Below, one piece after another: positions 19,915 through 29,850 of a DNA stretch of 64,000 bases (position 1 is its first letter; each line of letters begins with the position of its first letter). A program made the position numbers and the translations under genes. The DNA is from a virus (Duplodnaviria; Caudoviricetes): IMG/VR virus record IMGVR_UViG_3300028888_000049; one strand, written 5' to 3'. Under the pieces are notes generated by a model. That model was not told the DNA's origin. It saw only the letters and a program-made list of their open reading frames with translations, and searched no databases.

Positions 19915-20277
19915 TTAGTCTTTATTACTCAGGTCTTGTAATTTATCGTAAGGAATATGTAAGAGTGTAATAATAAATGCTTTTACATCGGTAGTTAAAC
20001 GTTTATTAAATAAATCTTTAATTTTAGATATATATTCTAAGTCTTCTTCAGTTAAATATTGTTTAATGGAAGCTAAAGTAATTTTTGACATATTTAATTT
20101 ACGAATAGCATTTACTGAAATAAAATCCAATTTAGTTCTAGGTTTTTTCATTAAATATCCAAAGAATTTATTCCAGTTAATATTTTCTTTAGCAGATTTT
20201 GTATTAACTCTTACTTTTACATTTACTGAAATTCTAGGGGTTTTTCTACCATCACCAAAAATATCAATTTTAGACAT
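19915..20277 (-). CDS. Hypothetical protein
   Basis: 120 aa with GGAG RBS. Confidence 0.6.
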   Translation of the reverse strand: MSKIDIFGDGRKTPRISVNVKVRVNTKSAKENINWNKFFGYLMKKPRTKLDFISVNAIRKLNMSKITLASIKQYLTEEDLEYISKIKDLFNKRLTTDVKAFIITLLHIPYDKLQDLSNKD

Positions 20278-20302
20278 AACAAATAGTCTCCTTTTTAAAT
20301 TA

Positions 20303-20665
20303 TTATAAAAACCAGTATGGATATGTACTTACAGAATCAGGCATTTCTTGATCATCTTTCCAGCTTTGAGCTGCTTGTGCCGTCATATAACTACTCATAT
20401 ACTCTTCAAAACTAGGTTCTTTCTTTTCAACTAACTTTACAGTATTTGTATCAAAGTCTATAAGTAATCTTTTTTCTGAGTTTAAGGCTTCTTCTATTTT
20501 ATTTACAATATCAATATCAAAATTTTGTAATAAAAAGATATGTAACTTATCACCTTTTATAGATTCTCGTACTTTATTTAATCTATTCTCTAAGGTATAT
20601 CTATCATTTAATCTATAAACGATATATATACCAGTAATAAGTTTTTCACCTTGTGTATTAAGCAT
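20303..20665 (-). CDS. Hypothetical protein
   Basis: 120 aa, overlaps the portal stop. Confidence 0.6.
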   Translation of the reverse strand: MLNTQGEKLITGIYIVYRLNDRYTLENRLNKVRESIKGDKLHIFLLQNFDIDIVNKIEEALNSEKRLLIDFDTNTVKLVEKKEPSFEEYMSSYMTAQAAQSWKDDQEMPDSVSTYPYWFL

Positions 20666-22454
20666 CTTCTGTTAATACCTTTCTTCCTCTTAAAAGTTGT
20701 GTTTTAGCATTTATATCTTCTTTTAAATATAAAGTATCACGTACACTCTTCAATTTTAACGCCAAATCACGATTCTCAGCTAAAAATTGTTTAGAAGTAT
20801 ATTTCATACTTTTACTTTCTCCAATAAGAGGTCCATTTTCATCATCTTGAGAAGCAGGTAAAGCTTGTTGATTAACAGTCTTTTGATTAATTAAGAATTT
20901 GCCTAATTCATCATTACTAATTGTACCAGTTAATGGAGCTTTAGAAACAGCTAATGCTGCAATATCTGATGGCATACCCATCTTTACTAAGAATTGAAAT
21001 TTATTGATAGTTGGCATTGCATTATTCATTTCTAAGAAACCGCCTAACAATTCAATAATATCAGCATACTTACTAATAATATCTGCAGGTACTTGAATAG
21101 GTTCATTAAGATTTACTTCTATCTCTAACTTATTAACGTCATATCCAGCATGTGTGAGAATATTTTCTACCAAATGCATAATACCAGTTAATAACCCTTG
21201 CTTTAATGGAAGTAAAGTTCTCTTTAACTTAAGATCTTGTGCTTCAAGAGTTTGAGCAGTTGTAATTGTATCTTCACCAACTAAATATCCTTTAGGAAGT
21301 GCTGAATTTCTCAAAACTTTATCTAAGAAATAATCAACATCTTCTACAGAACTTAAATCAATATTAGATTCAATATGATCAACTTCTACTTTTTTACCAT
21401 CATGAGACATAGGTAATGTAAGAATTGACATAGCACCTGGAATTTTTCTAGCAGCTTTTGCATTTCCTGAATCTGTAAAGATAGAATTTAAATATCTTGC
21501 TCTAAAATCATTCATAAAATCATAAGAGTCTACTAAATTAATTCCATTTGGCATTGGTACATAAAAAACTAATCTTTGAATTTTAGATGCACGTGATAAA
21601 GCTAATAGAGCTTCTAAGTTTGTTAACTGATCAAAAGCAGAACGCATTGACCATAACATAGATTTACCATAAGGGTCGGTAGTCATGTCAGGTAACAAAA
21701 AATGTACAAATTGCCATGGCTGCCAGACTGTATATTGCTGTTTACTAGTAGCCACACTTCTTAATGGATCATTTCTCATAATAACTTCATAGTTAACTGG
21801 ACGATTATATTCATCAGCATTAACTTTAAAGTCTTCTGCTTTAACAAAAGAAATTACTAAATCTTCTAATATATCTAATCTTGGAAAGTCAACATGATCA
21901 TCTTTCATCCATTCTTCTAAATAAGGATAAGATAACAACAATCCAAAATTACCATATTTTGCTAATTCTCTTGTAATATTAGGAAGTCTTTGGTAAATTC
22001 TATTCTTATATAATACTTTTTGTACTAAAGTCTCTGCAGATTTACTTGAAATTTTAATACTTAATGGATTATCTACAAAGCCTTGTGATAATACTTCAGC
22101 AACGTAAGTATCAAGCATTAATGAAATTTCACCTTGGTTTTCATCTAACAGTTTAAATGTTTGATATGCTTTTAATAATGTATCATAGTTATTATTATAA
22201 TAAGTATATGAAGCCATAAAATCATCATATAAAGAGATTTCATCTTCATATTTCATTCTTGTAGGAATACTTACATATTCATGATCTGCAAGAGTACCAA
22301 TAGTGAAATTTCTCTTTTTACTTAATGATTTTAATACATCAAAGCTAATACCAGGATTTGATAAAAATAATGTTTCTGTATCATTATCATATAAAGCATT
22401 TTCTGAAATATACTTCGCTGCTTTTGTAAATTTACCACTAGTTTTTGCAACCAT
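20658..22454 (-). CDS. Portal protein (T4 gp20-like)
   Basis: PWQFVHF..PYGKSML...QLTNLEALLAL.R...RLVFYV...VEDVDYFLDKV..ALPKGYL, matching the T4-type portal pattern. Confidence 0.85.
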   Translation of the reverse strand: MVAKTSGKFTKAAKYISENALYDNDTETLFLSNPGISFDVLKSLSKKRNFTIGTLADHEYVSIPTRMKYEDEISLYDDFMASYTYYNNNYDTLLKAYQTFKLLDENQGEISLMLDTYVAEVLSQGFVDNPLSIKISSKSAETLVQKVLYKNRIYQRLPNITRELAKYGNFGLLLSYPYLEEWMKDDHVDFPRLDILEDLVISFVKAEDFKVNADEYNRPVNYEVIMRNDPLRSVATSKQQYTVWQPWQFVHFLLPDMTTDPYGKSMLWSMRSAFDQLTNLEALLALSRASKIQRLVFYVPMPNGINLVDSYDFMNDFRARYLNSIFTDSGNAKAARKIPGAMSILTLPMSHDGKKVEVDHIESNIDLSSVEDVDYFLDKVLRNSALPKGYLVGEDTITTAQTLEAQDLKLKRTLLPLKQGLLTGIMHLVENILTHAGYDVNKLEIEVNLNEPIQVPADIISKYADIIELLGGFLEMNNAMPTINKFQFLVKMGMPSDIAALAVSKAPLTGTISNDELGKFLINQKTVNQQALPASQDDENGPLIGESKSMKYTSKQFLAENRDLALKLKSVRDTLYLKEDINAKTQLLRGRKVLTEDA

Positions 22455-22460
22455 AATTTA

Positions 22461-22928
22461 TTATTCCCAACTTAAATTAATAAAGACTTCAAATTCATTT
22501 TTAGAGACTTTATCTTTACATAATATTTTACCAGATTGATATGTCAATACAATAAAACCTATAGAATAATTATCTGAAAGTACCTGTTCTATTGTTTTTA
22601 ATACTACAATACCATCAGAACATTCATATTCAAAATCAGCCCATTTATTATATACTAGTCTACCACTTATGAAATTAAGTACAGGATATTCTTCTTCCCA
22701 TTCATCAACTAGAGTAGTATCAATAAAAATTCCATTTTGATTATCTTGTATAGATTTAATTTCAAGAACATCACCTCTAGAAAAAGGTTTATTACAAATA
22801 ATTCTTGTTAATTTACCTCTACACCAGAATTCATAACTTTGTTTTCCATCTAAAGGTGACTTATCACTAGCATAATAAGAAATGCACCTAAAAGGAAAAG
22901 TGATTTTACCATCAAGATTAGTAACCAT
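22461..22928 (-). CDS. Hypothetical protein
   Basis: 155 aa ORF in a tight operon. Confidence 0.6.
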   Translation of the reverse strand: MVTNLDGKITFPFRCISYYASDKSPLDGKQSYEFWCRGKLTRIICNKPFSRGDVLEIKSIQDNQNGIFIDTTLVDEWEEEYPVLNFISGRLVYNKWADFEYECSDGIVVLKTIEQVLSDNYSIGFIVLTYQSGKILCKDKVSKNEFEVFINLSWE

Positions 22929-22934
22929 GTCTTT

Positions 22935-23117
22935 TTATCCATTTAATGACTGCCGAATTTGTGTTTTACCAGATTCTGTTTTAGTAGCAACTACTTTAGA
23001 AGACTCTTGTACTTTTTTAAGTAATTCTTCTTCAGATAATTCTTCTACATCTTCTCCTAATTCAGTTTTTAAAACTTCCATAGTAGATTCAGAGATCAAA
23101 ACTTTCGTATCTTCCAT
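22935..23117 (-). CDS. Small acidic hypothetical protein
   Basis: AAGGAG RBS; 60 aa. Confidence 0.6.
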   Translation of the reverse strand: MEDTKVLISESTMEVLKTELGEDVEELSEEELLKKVQESSKVVATKTESGKTQIRQSLNG

Positions 23118-23128
23118 ATGTTTCTCCT

Positions 23129-23578
23129 TTATCTATTAGATAATTTTACTTGAATAGAATATGGATTCAATACAACTTTTTCACTAATATTTACTACTTC
23201 TTCAGGTACAAGTGGTAATACAACCATAAGTTGGTATTGTGGTTCTCCATTACTCTCTTCAGGTAGTTTATAATATAATCCTATATATCTAATAGGATCG
23301 GTTGTTGTAGACCAAGGTTGTTTAGCTTTTGGCCATTCTAAAGCTTCTATATTTCTAATATAACCATAAGTAGGTGTTTCAAATGCAACTGGATTTGGAA
23401 GAATAGTAAAACCTTCTTTTACAGGTTCTTTAGTAAATGTAAAAGATTCTTCATCAAATTCAATTCCTAAACCAACATAAATATCACTCGATAAATAATC
23501 TGTTGTAGGTATACCAAAATTATTATCTAAAATAGCATTTATAAGTTTTGGTGAAATGTAAATACTGTTATTAGACAT
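23129..23578 (-). CDS. Virion/tail structural protein, paralog of 23778..24263
   Basis: IYVGLG...IRNIEALEWPKAKQPW...IGLY pattern shared with the paralog. Confidence 0.55.
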   Translation of the reverse strand: MSNNSIYISPKLINAILDNNFGIPTTDYLSSDIYVGLGIEFDEESFTFTKEPVKEGFTILPNPVAFETPTYGYIRNIEALEWPKAKQPWSTTTDPIRYIGLYYKLPEESNGEPQYQLMVVLPLVPEEVVNISEKVVLNPYSIQVKLSNR

Positions 23579-23579
23579 A

Positions 23580-23768
23580 TTATTTTCCTATGATATATGT
23601 TTTTCCTGATGTCATTGAAATTCTATAATATTTTTTACCAGATTCTTCTTCTAAAAGTTCCTGTGTTTCTATATTGTTATCATTGATTTCAATTTCTTTA
23701 ATTTCTACATATTTATTCTTATTATCAATGATTGAATATTTTAATTTATATATTTTGTAACTTGTCAT
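23580..23768 (-). CDS. Hypothetical protein
   Basis: 62 aa filling the gap between the two paralogs. Confidence 0.5.
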   Translation of the reverse strand: MTSYKIYKLKYSIIDNKNKYVEIKEIEINDNNIETQELLEEESGKKYYRISMTSGKTYIIGK

Positions 23769-23777
23769 AATGATTTC

Positions 23778-24263
23778 CTATAAATCTGTTAGGCTAAGTC
23801 TAATAGCCTCCGGCGCCAAAATTATTGTCTCACCTTTTAGAACTGTCTCTGTTCTAGGTAATTTTAAAACAATTAAAGGTTTTATTAATTTTTTTGTTTC
23901 TTCATCCTCATAGTCTACAGTATCAAATAATCCAAGCATTTCTATTTTACTTGAATTAGAAGTCCAATCTTCAGATGCTGTGTTAAACACTACTTCATTA
24001 ACATTTGATATAACACAATCTTCAGCTTTACCAAAGATAACACGAGATCTTTTATAATTACCTAAAGGTCTACCTTCAAAAACTTCAGTAAAATCTTCAG
24101 TATTAGTGTGTGCACCTTGTTGTGTAACGCCTAAACCAATATAAATTTCTTTTGGAGTAATATTAGGTTGTGTTATTCCAAAATATTCAGATAAAAGTAA
24201 ATTCATAAAATCTGTTTGTAATCCAAAAATAGCCATCAATAAACTCCTATAAAAATTAGCCAT
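23778..24263 (-). CDS. Virion/tail structural protein
   Basis: IYIGLG...YKRSRV.F...ISNVNEVVFNTASEDW...LGLFD, a common phage tail-associated fold. Confidence 0.55.
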   Translation of the reverse strand: MANFYRSLLMAIFGLQTDFMNLLLSEYFGITQPNITPKEIYIGLGVTQQGAHTNTEDFTEVFEGRPLGNYKRSRVIFGKAEDCVISNVNEVVFNTASEDWTSNSSKIEMLGLFDTVDYEDEETKKLIKPLIVLKLPRTETVLKGETIILAPEAIRLSLTDL

Positions 24264-25065
24264 TTAAAACTTTCATGAAACAATCATATACAATAAATGA
24301 AAAACTATTCTCTTTTAATTGAGAACTTATATAATTTAGTATATATTCTGTAATTTCATCTAAAATATCATTTAACTCTTCTTTAGAAAAACTTCTTAAA
24401 AATGCAGAATAAGCATGATCATCTCTATTGACTATTTCTGCTATCATCTTATGAATATTCGTTATTATACCATTTGTATCTAAAAATTTTTGTTGTTGGG
24501 CTTTTGTAAGTGACGAATATATATTTATTACTTGATTTGACAAATAAAATACTAATTCATTTAAATATGCTAATTTTTCTTCCTTATTTTTATAAGGATT
24601 AGTTATATCTGTTATATCATTTATTTTGTTTAATCTTATATCTTTATTATAATCTTTTAAACTTAAATAGTGTATTAATTCATGAATCAAAGCATTTGAA
24701 TATGGTTCTACAAATAAATTAAAAACATTATCAGTATATACTTGAATTTCATTACCAGCTTCTACATTATAAGTGGCTGCTGTTTTTGAGTCATTTTCAT
24801 CAAATATTACTTTTACAACAAGATCATCTAATTTTATTTCTAAACCATTATCATACTGTGTCATTTTACCTTTTGCAACTTTATTATATAATTCATTAAA
24901 AAGTCTTATAGATTCAGCCTGATATTTTCCTAAATTATGATTTTCTTTATTTTCAACAAAATTATTAAGATTAAAGATTTCATATAATTCAGATTCTGTT
25001 AATCTTTTATAATTACTTGTATATTCACATAAAATTCGTTCTGCTAATTTTCGATATTTACACAT
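24256..25065 (-). CDS. Putative zincin-like metallopeptidase
   Basis: LIHELIHY (HExxH) with downstream EEKLAY. Confidence 0.55.
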   Translation of the reverse strand: MCKYRKLAERILCEYTSNYKRLTESELYEIFNLNNFVENKENHNLGKYQAESIRLFNELYNKVAKGKMTQYDNGLEIKLDDLVVKVIFDENDSKTAATYNVEAGNEIQVYTDNVFNLFVEPYSNALIHELIHYLSLKDYNKDIRLNKINDITDITNPYKNKEEKLAYLNELVFYLSNQVINIYSSLTKAQQQKFLDTNGIITNIHKMIAEIVNRDDHAYSAFLRSFSKEELNDILDEITEYILNYISSQLKENSFSFIVYDCFMKVLNG

Positions 25066-25079
25066 AAATAAAACCTCAC

Positions 25080-26222
25080 TTAGTTAAAAACATTTATAGC
25101 GATTCTTTTAGCTTTAAAGACTGTATCTATCTCATAAGGATTCAAATATTTTGGATTTAAAACTTCATTAGCACTCAATGTTTCTTGTAAGGTATCTATT
25201 GTCCAAGGTATAGATTTAATTTCAACATTAGCTTTAAATTGTTCTATATTACCAAATTGTACAACCAAAGTATCATTATCAAACTCCGTATATCCTTTTT
25301 CTGTATTTAATATAAATGATTTTAAAGAACCATCTACATTGCTTACACCTGTTACTTCTATCTCTAATGGTAATTTTTCACCAGCTTCATTAATAAATAT
25401 TTCTACCTGTTTACCATCTTTAATTACTGGAAATTTATCACCAACTTTAAATCCTTTACCAGAATTTAATATATGTAGTGGACGAGTATCATAATATACT
25501 AATCCACTAATCTGTTCATTATACTGAGGATAATCTGGAATTTGTTCTTGAATTTCGTCTGATAATACTTTCTTGAGTTTAGAATTATCTATACAATTCC
25601 TTAAAAACCATATTGTTAATTGAGCTCTTAATGTTTCAACATGCTCTAAATAACCACATTCATTATCAAACCAAATTGTATGTTCTTTAGTTTCAACATT
25701 TTCAGTTGTACCTTGACGAGCTGGTACACAATGCGCTATTCTACTATACGTTTTTGTATCACTTAATTGTTTTTGAATAGTACCCAGTACCATCCATTCT
25801 CTAGCAATCTTAAATTCTTTATTATCATATTCATTAAATACAATTCTAGAATTTCGTGGTAAATGTAATTTTGTAGGAATAATTACTTCTAATGCTAGAT
25901 TACTATCTGTACCATCAGCTTGCATACCATTATCTGATAACGCTTGTCTATATTCTTTAAATAGTGGTAAAACAGTCTCTGTCGTTTCTATCCAATTAGT
26001 ATTTGTGAAATTACTATATTCATCCACATAATTTTCTTTTAATATATCTTCATTATCTTCTGCTGGTATTTTAATTAATACTTGTATTCCATAATTATTA
26101 AAAAGTGCTTGATCTCTGAGTGCAGCTAAATATTCAACATTTGTATTAATAAATGCTTCACGTAAATTATATGTAGAAAAATTTGTTTCTTCTAATCTAG
26201 ATACTTTTTGTTGTTTTACCAT
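25080..26222 (-). CDS. Putative neck / head-closure protein (gp14-like) with C-terminal extension
   Basis: DQALFNNYGIQVLIKIP resembles the gp14 N-terminus; structural context. Confidence 0.4.
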   Translation of the reverse strand: MVKQQKVSRLEETNFSTYNLREAFINTNVEYLAALRDQALFNNYGIQVLIKIPAEDNEDILKENYVDEYSNFTNTNWIETTETVLPLFKEYRQALSDNGMQADGTDSNLALEVIIPTKLHLPRNSRIVFNEYDNKEFKIAREWMVLGTIQKQLSDTKTYSRIAHCVPARQGTTENVETKEHTIWFDNECGYLEHVETLRAQLTIWFLRNCIDNSKLKKVLSDEIQEQIPDYPQYNEQISGLVYYDTRPLHILNSGKGFKVGDKFPVIKDGKQVEIFINEAGEKLPLEIEVTGVSNVDGSLKSFILNTEKGYTEFDNDTLVVQFGNIEQFKANVEIKSIPWTIDTLQETLSANEVLNPKYLNPYEIDTVFKAKRIAINVFN

Positions 26223-26277
26223 GATATATCAATTCTTTATAAAGTACATTTATATAATAGAACTCAATTATTTAAAA

Positions 26278-26315
26278 CAAAAAAAGACCCCTAATATTTC
26301 TATTAAGAGTCTTTT
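26278..26315 (-). terminator. Intrinsic terminator after groEL
   Basis: Minus strand AAGACTCTTAATA-GAAA-TATTAGGGGTCTT followed by a T-tract. Confidence 0.8.
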
Positions 26316-26334
26316 CTTCCGGAGAAACAATCGT

Positions 26335-27984
26335 TTACATCATCGGTTGAGGCATCATATTTAATGACACTCCTGTATTCTCAACAGGATCTTGAGTAAT
26401 GATAACTTTAGATGTCAAAATGACAGAAGCAATAGAAGAAGCTGCTAAAACCGCATTCTTTACTACTTTCACAGGATCAATAATACCATCTTCAACAAGA
26501 TTTACAATCTTTAAAGACTTTGCATTATAACCAATGTTAATGTCATTTTTAGCTAATAATTCTTTCATAACTTCATCATAAGATACTCCCGCATTCTCAA
26601 GAATAGTCTTAAATGGAGCTTTTAAAGCCTTAGAAACAATATTTACACCTAAAGCTTCATCTTCATTTTTAATATCCAGCTTATCTTTCAAATCTTCAGA
26701 TAACAATAACAAAGAATTACCTGCTCCAGCAATATATCCTTCTTCTAACGCAGCTTTTACAGCAAACGTAGCATCATCTAAGCGGTCTCTGAGTTCCTTA
26801 ATTTCTTCTTCTGAAGCACCACCAACTTTAATTACTGCAACACCAGTTGTAAGAGAAGCTAATCGTTTTCCTAATTGTTCTCTTTCCCAAGTATCGTTTT
26901 CTTTAAGAGAATCAATTACGCCTTCAATAGACTTAATTCTTTCAGCAATTTCTTCCTTATCACCATGACCACCAGAAATAATTGTTTCATCTTTCTTGAT
27001 GATAATCTTATCACAACTACCGAAATCAGCTTCTGATAAAGCTTCAAATTTAGTTCCCATAGGATCATCTCCTACATTACCACCTAAATAAATAGCCATA
27101 TCACGTAAAATATCAAGACGTCTTTCACCATAACCAGGAGCTTCTACAGCTGCAACTTTTAATTGTCCACCAGATCTTACAATATTCATAGCAAGAGCTT
27201 GTGTAACAGAAGTATCAAAAGATTCAGCGATGATTACTAATGGTTGACCTGTACGTAAAAGTGGTTCAATCATAGTTGCTAATGTTTGGAAATTTGAAAT
27301 CTTACCATCTGTTAATAAAATTTTTGGTTTGTCAAATTCAACAGTTTGTGATTCATGATTATTAACAAAGAATTGAGAAGTCCAACCTTTATTAAATGTC
27401 ATACCTTCTTTAAATTCTAATTTAATATCACGATCTTTAGATTCTTCAACTAATACAACACCAGCTTTACCAACCTTCTGATAAGCATTAGCTACTGTAG
27501 AACCTAATTTTTCATCACCGTTTGCAGAAACTGTTGCGATATTAATAAGATCCTCATCGTTTTCAATCTTTTTAGCATAAGAATCTAATTTTTCTACAAC
27601 ATAATCTCTTGCTTTTTCAATACCTCTACGAACAGATGTACGATTAACAGTATGTTCTTGATATTCAATTTGACTAATACCAGTATTTACCATTGCCTGA
27701 CCAAGTACAGTCGCTGTTGTAGTTCCATCACCTGTACTATTTAACTGCTTTTGTGCAATAGAAATAGCAAGATCTGCTCCTAATTTAATCTTTTCATCTT
27801 TAGGATTAATCTCTTTAGCAACAGAAACACCATCTTTAGTAATTAGAGGATTTTTATCTTCTCGTTGAATTATGATCGTTGAACCAGCAGCGCCTAATGT
27901 TGTTTTCACAGCATCAGCCACTAGGTTCAATCCTTTAACTAAAGCATCTTGAGCTTCTTTATCAAAATAAGCACTTCTACTCAT
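26335..27984 (-). CDS. groEL: Chaperonin GroEL
   Basis: ITKDGVSVAKEI, GDGTTTATVL, APGYGERR, GIIDPVKV. Confidence 0.97.
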   Translation of the reverse strand: MSRSAYFDKEAQDALVKGLNLVADAVKTTLGAAGSTIIIQREDKNPLITKDGVSVAKEINPKDEKIKLGADLAISIAQKQLNSTGDGTTTATVLGQAMVNTGISQIEYQEHTVNRTSVRRGIEKARDYVVEKLDSYAKKIENDEDLINIATVSANGDEKLGSTVANAYQKVGKAGVVLVEESKDRDIKLEFKEGMTFNKGWTSQFFVNNHESQTVEFDKPKILLTDGKISNFQTLATMIEPLLRTGQPLVIIAESFDTSVTQALAMNIVRSGGQLKVAAVEAPGYGERRLDILRDMAIYLGGNVGDDPMGTKFEALSEADFGSCDKIIIKKDETIISGGHGDKEEIAERIKSIEGVIDSLKENDTWEREQLGKRLASLTTGVAVIKVGGASEEEIKELRDRLDDATFAVKAALEEGYIAGAGNSLLLLSEDLKDKLDIKNEDEALGVNIVSKALKAPFKTILENAGVSYDEVMKELLAKNDINIGYNAKSLKIVNLVEDGIIDPVKVVKNAVLAASSIASVILTSKVIITQDPVENTGVSLNMMPQPMM

Positions 27985-28000
27985 TATTTACTCCTTTTTA

Positions 28001-29167
28001 TTATATATTATTAAACCAATTTAAAAATTCATCTATAGTAAAAAATTCCAACCAATTGAGATTATTCTTTTTAGCAGTTTCTCTTTTTAATGGATCACGA
28101 ACAGTCCAAACATCTATCGCAGTCTTATATTGTTCATGACCTTCTATTACTTTTATATTCCATTCTTCTACCAATAGCAAATGCTCTTTGTTATTTTTAT
28201 TATAAGGTCCATATATTTTATTATGACATTTACCGTGATTAAAATGTCCTTGATACTCTATGTAAGTATCTATTTCTGGTAAATAAAAATCACATCTCCA
28301 AGGATACTCTTCCGATTTATATTGGCGTTCTATTTTATTAAACTTAGTTTTCAAAAAATTAAATATTTTTTCTTCATCTTTAGAAGTATTACAAGTATTA
28401 TTTTTTATTTTAGTTTTTATCCCTTTTTGCCAATTGTTATAATTTTCATCACCATAACGATCTAACTTTGTTTGTTTAATTTGTTCTTTAATACATTCAG
28501 CATTTAAAGGACTTTTTGCATTATATTTTTTTAAACAAGTTTTTTCAGTTAATTCTCTATTATTATAATTCTCATTACCATAACGCTCTAACTTAGTTAA
28601 CTTAGCTTTATCAGAATTAACGAAAGTTTCATTACCATATTTTTCCAATTTAGTCTTTTTACTTTTATCTTTAAAATCATCTGTCTGCATATAATGTTCT
28701 TTACCAAAAGTTTTTAAACAAGTTTGTTTTCTCTTTTCTTTAATTTCTGGTAATTTGGCAACGTTTTCAGTATCGTATAAACGTAAATTTGTTTGTTTAC
28801 GCTTTTCTAAAATAGTACGATCTTTCCAACAATTATTTACTCCATAATTATTAATAAAGGCTTTTTCTATATTTTTCTGTACAAGTACTTTAGGTTTTTT
28901 AATTTGTAAATTTTTACAAATTTTTTTAAATCTACGTAAAGATATATTAAAGTATTGACATAAGCTTTCTCGTGTACAATTACATTCTAAATATAAATAA
29001 TTTAAATCTTCTTTATACGGATTTTCGGCATCTTTTATCTTAAAAAATCTACCAGTATCTTTATTTTTACCAATTATTGTATTTTGTAAAGGATTTTTTT
29101 CGTAATCTCTCTTTAACTTACTACGAACTATACCATATTCTTTGTAGAATGAAACAAAGTCAAACAT
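28001..29167 (-). CDS. Free-standing Vsr/PD-(D/E)xK-like putative homing endonuclease inserted between groES and groEL
   Basis: TSKDEE..IERQY...CDFYLP..YIEYQG..HG...RDPLKRETAKKNNLNW; K.T.L.RYG.ENYNN repeats. Confidence 0.75.
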   Translation of the reverse strand: MFDFVSFYKEYGIVRSKLKRDYEKNPLQNTIIGKNKDTGRFFKIKDAENPYKEDLNYLYLECNCTRESLCQYFNISLRRFKKICKNLQIKKPKVLVQKNIEKAFINNYGVNNCWKDRTILEKRKQTNLRLYDTENVAKLPEIKEKRKQTCLKTFGKEHYMQTDDFKDKSKKTKLEKYGNETFVNSDKAKLTKLERYGNENYNNRELTEKTCLKKYNAKSPLNAECIKEQIKQTKLDRYGDENYNNWQKGIKTKIKNNTCNTSKDEEKIFNFLKTKFNKIERQYKSEEYPWRCDFYLPEIDTYIEYQGHFNHGKCHNKIYGPYNKNNKEHLLLVEEWNIKVIEGHEQYKTAIDVWTVRDPLKRETAKKNNLNWLEFFTIDEFLNWFNNI

Positions 29168-29204
29168 TTATTAATTCTCCAATTAATAACTCTAAAATAT
29201 AAAC

Positions 29205-29253
29205 GTGGCAGGAATGTGAGTTGCATTCTTTTCGTGTTCGAATCACTAGCCAC
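29205..29253 (-). ncRNA. Three-way-junction structured element, copy 2 (circular permutation of copy 1), in the endonuclease 5' leader
   Basis: Minus strand reads GUGGC-UA-GUG(AUUCGAA)CAC-GAAAA-GAAUG(CAACUCA)CAUUC-CU-GCCAC and starts 6 nt after GTTCTA. Confidence 0.6.
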
Positions 29254-29265
29254 ATTATATAGAAC
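29253..29265 (-). promoter_or_regulatory. GTTCTA-N5-TR phage promoter
   Basis: GTTCTA TATAA TG; the G is the first base of the structured element. Confidence 0.65.
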
Positions 29266-29281
29266 TATTAATTATTAAAAT

Positions 29282-29602
29282 TTACTCCTTTGTTTCTTCA
29301 ATTTCGCCATCTACTTGTTTAGCAATAATGTCTTTAAAGTAGACACGGATCATTGTACGACCATCTAATGTAATTTTAGTTCCACATACTTTAGGAAATG
29401 CAATAATATCACCAGGTTGTAAGTTTGTTGGAATAAATGTACCATTTTCAAAAAAACCATTTTGACAAGAGATAATTTCTGCATAAGTAAAGTCTAAATC
29501 AAGAGAATCAGGTACAATTAAAGTACCGATTTTATTTTCTTTTTTAATTTCTTCACAAAAAATGTTTTGTCCCATTGCAATATACATTTTGTTATCAGAC
29601 AT
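29282..29602 (-). CDS. groES: Co-chaperonin GroES
   Basis: GTLIVPDS mobile loop, LQPGDIIAFPK..GTKITLDG...DIIA; 106 aa; upstream of groEL. Confidence 0.9.
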   Translation of the reverse strand: MSDNKMYIAMGQNIFCEEIKKENKIGTLIVPDSLDLDFTYAEIISCQNGFFENGTFIPTNLQPGDIIAFPKVCGTKITLDGRTMIRVYFKDIIAKQVDGEIEETKE

Positions 29603-29823
29603 TATTCCATTTCTCCTTCAAAATACTCCATAATTGGATTTAAACCACCAATAACAGTTTCATCATCTAGTACAAGGCTAGGTGTTTGTATAAGATCTAA
29701 TCTAGAAATATCTTCATCTGACATAGAAGATGCTAAGCGTTCTTCAACTTCAATATTATTTTCTGCTAGCCATTTTTTAAGCATTTTACAAGGCATACAG
29801 CTTTCACCTGTTACTATATACAT
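29602..29823 (-). CDS. nrdH: Glutaredoxin / NrdH-like redoxin
   Basis: CMPC active site, QTP cis-Pro, IGG. Confidence 0.8.
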   Translation of the reverse strand: MYIVTGESCMPCKMLKKWLAENNIEVEERLASSMSDEDISRLDLIQTPSLVLDDETVIGGLNPIMEYFEGEME

Positions 29824-29850
29824 TTGTTTCTCCGTATTATTTATATTAAA

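Noticed and set aside
29205-29256. tRNA suggested by GTTCGAATC and a GTGGC/GCCAC stem
   Set aside because: Only ~50 nt with no D-arm/anticodon-arm pair and no proper 7-bp acceptor; better explained as the three-way-junction element.
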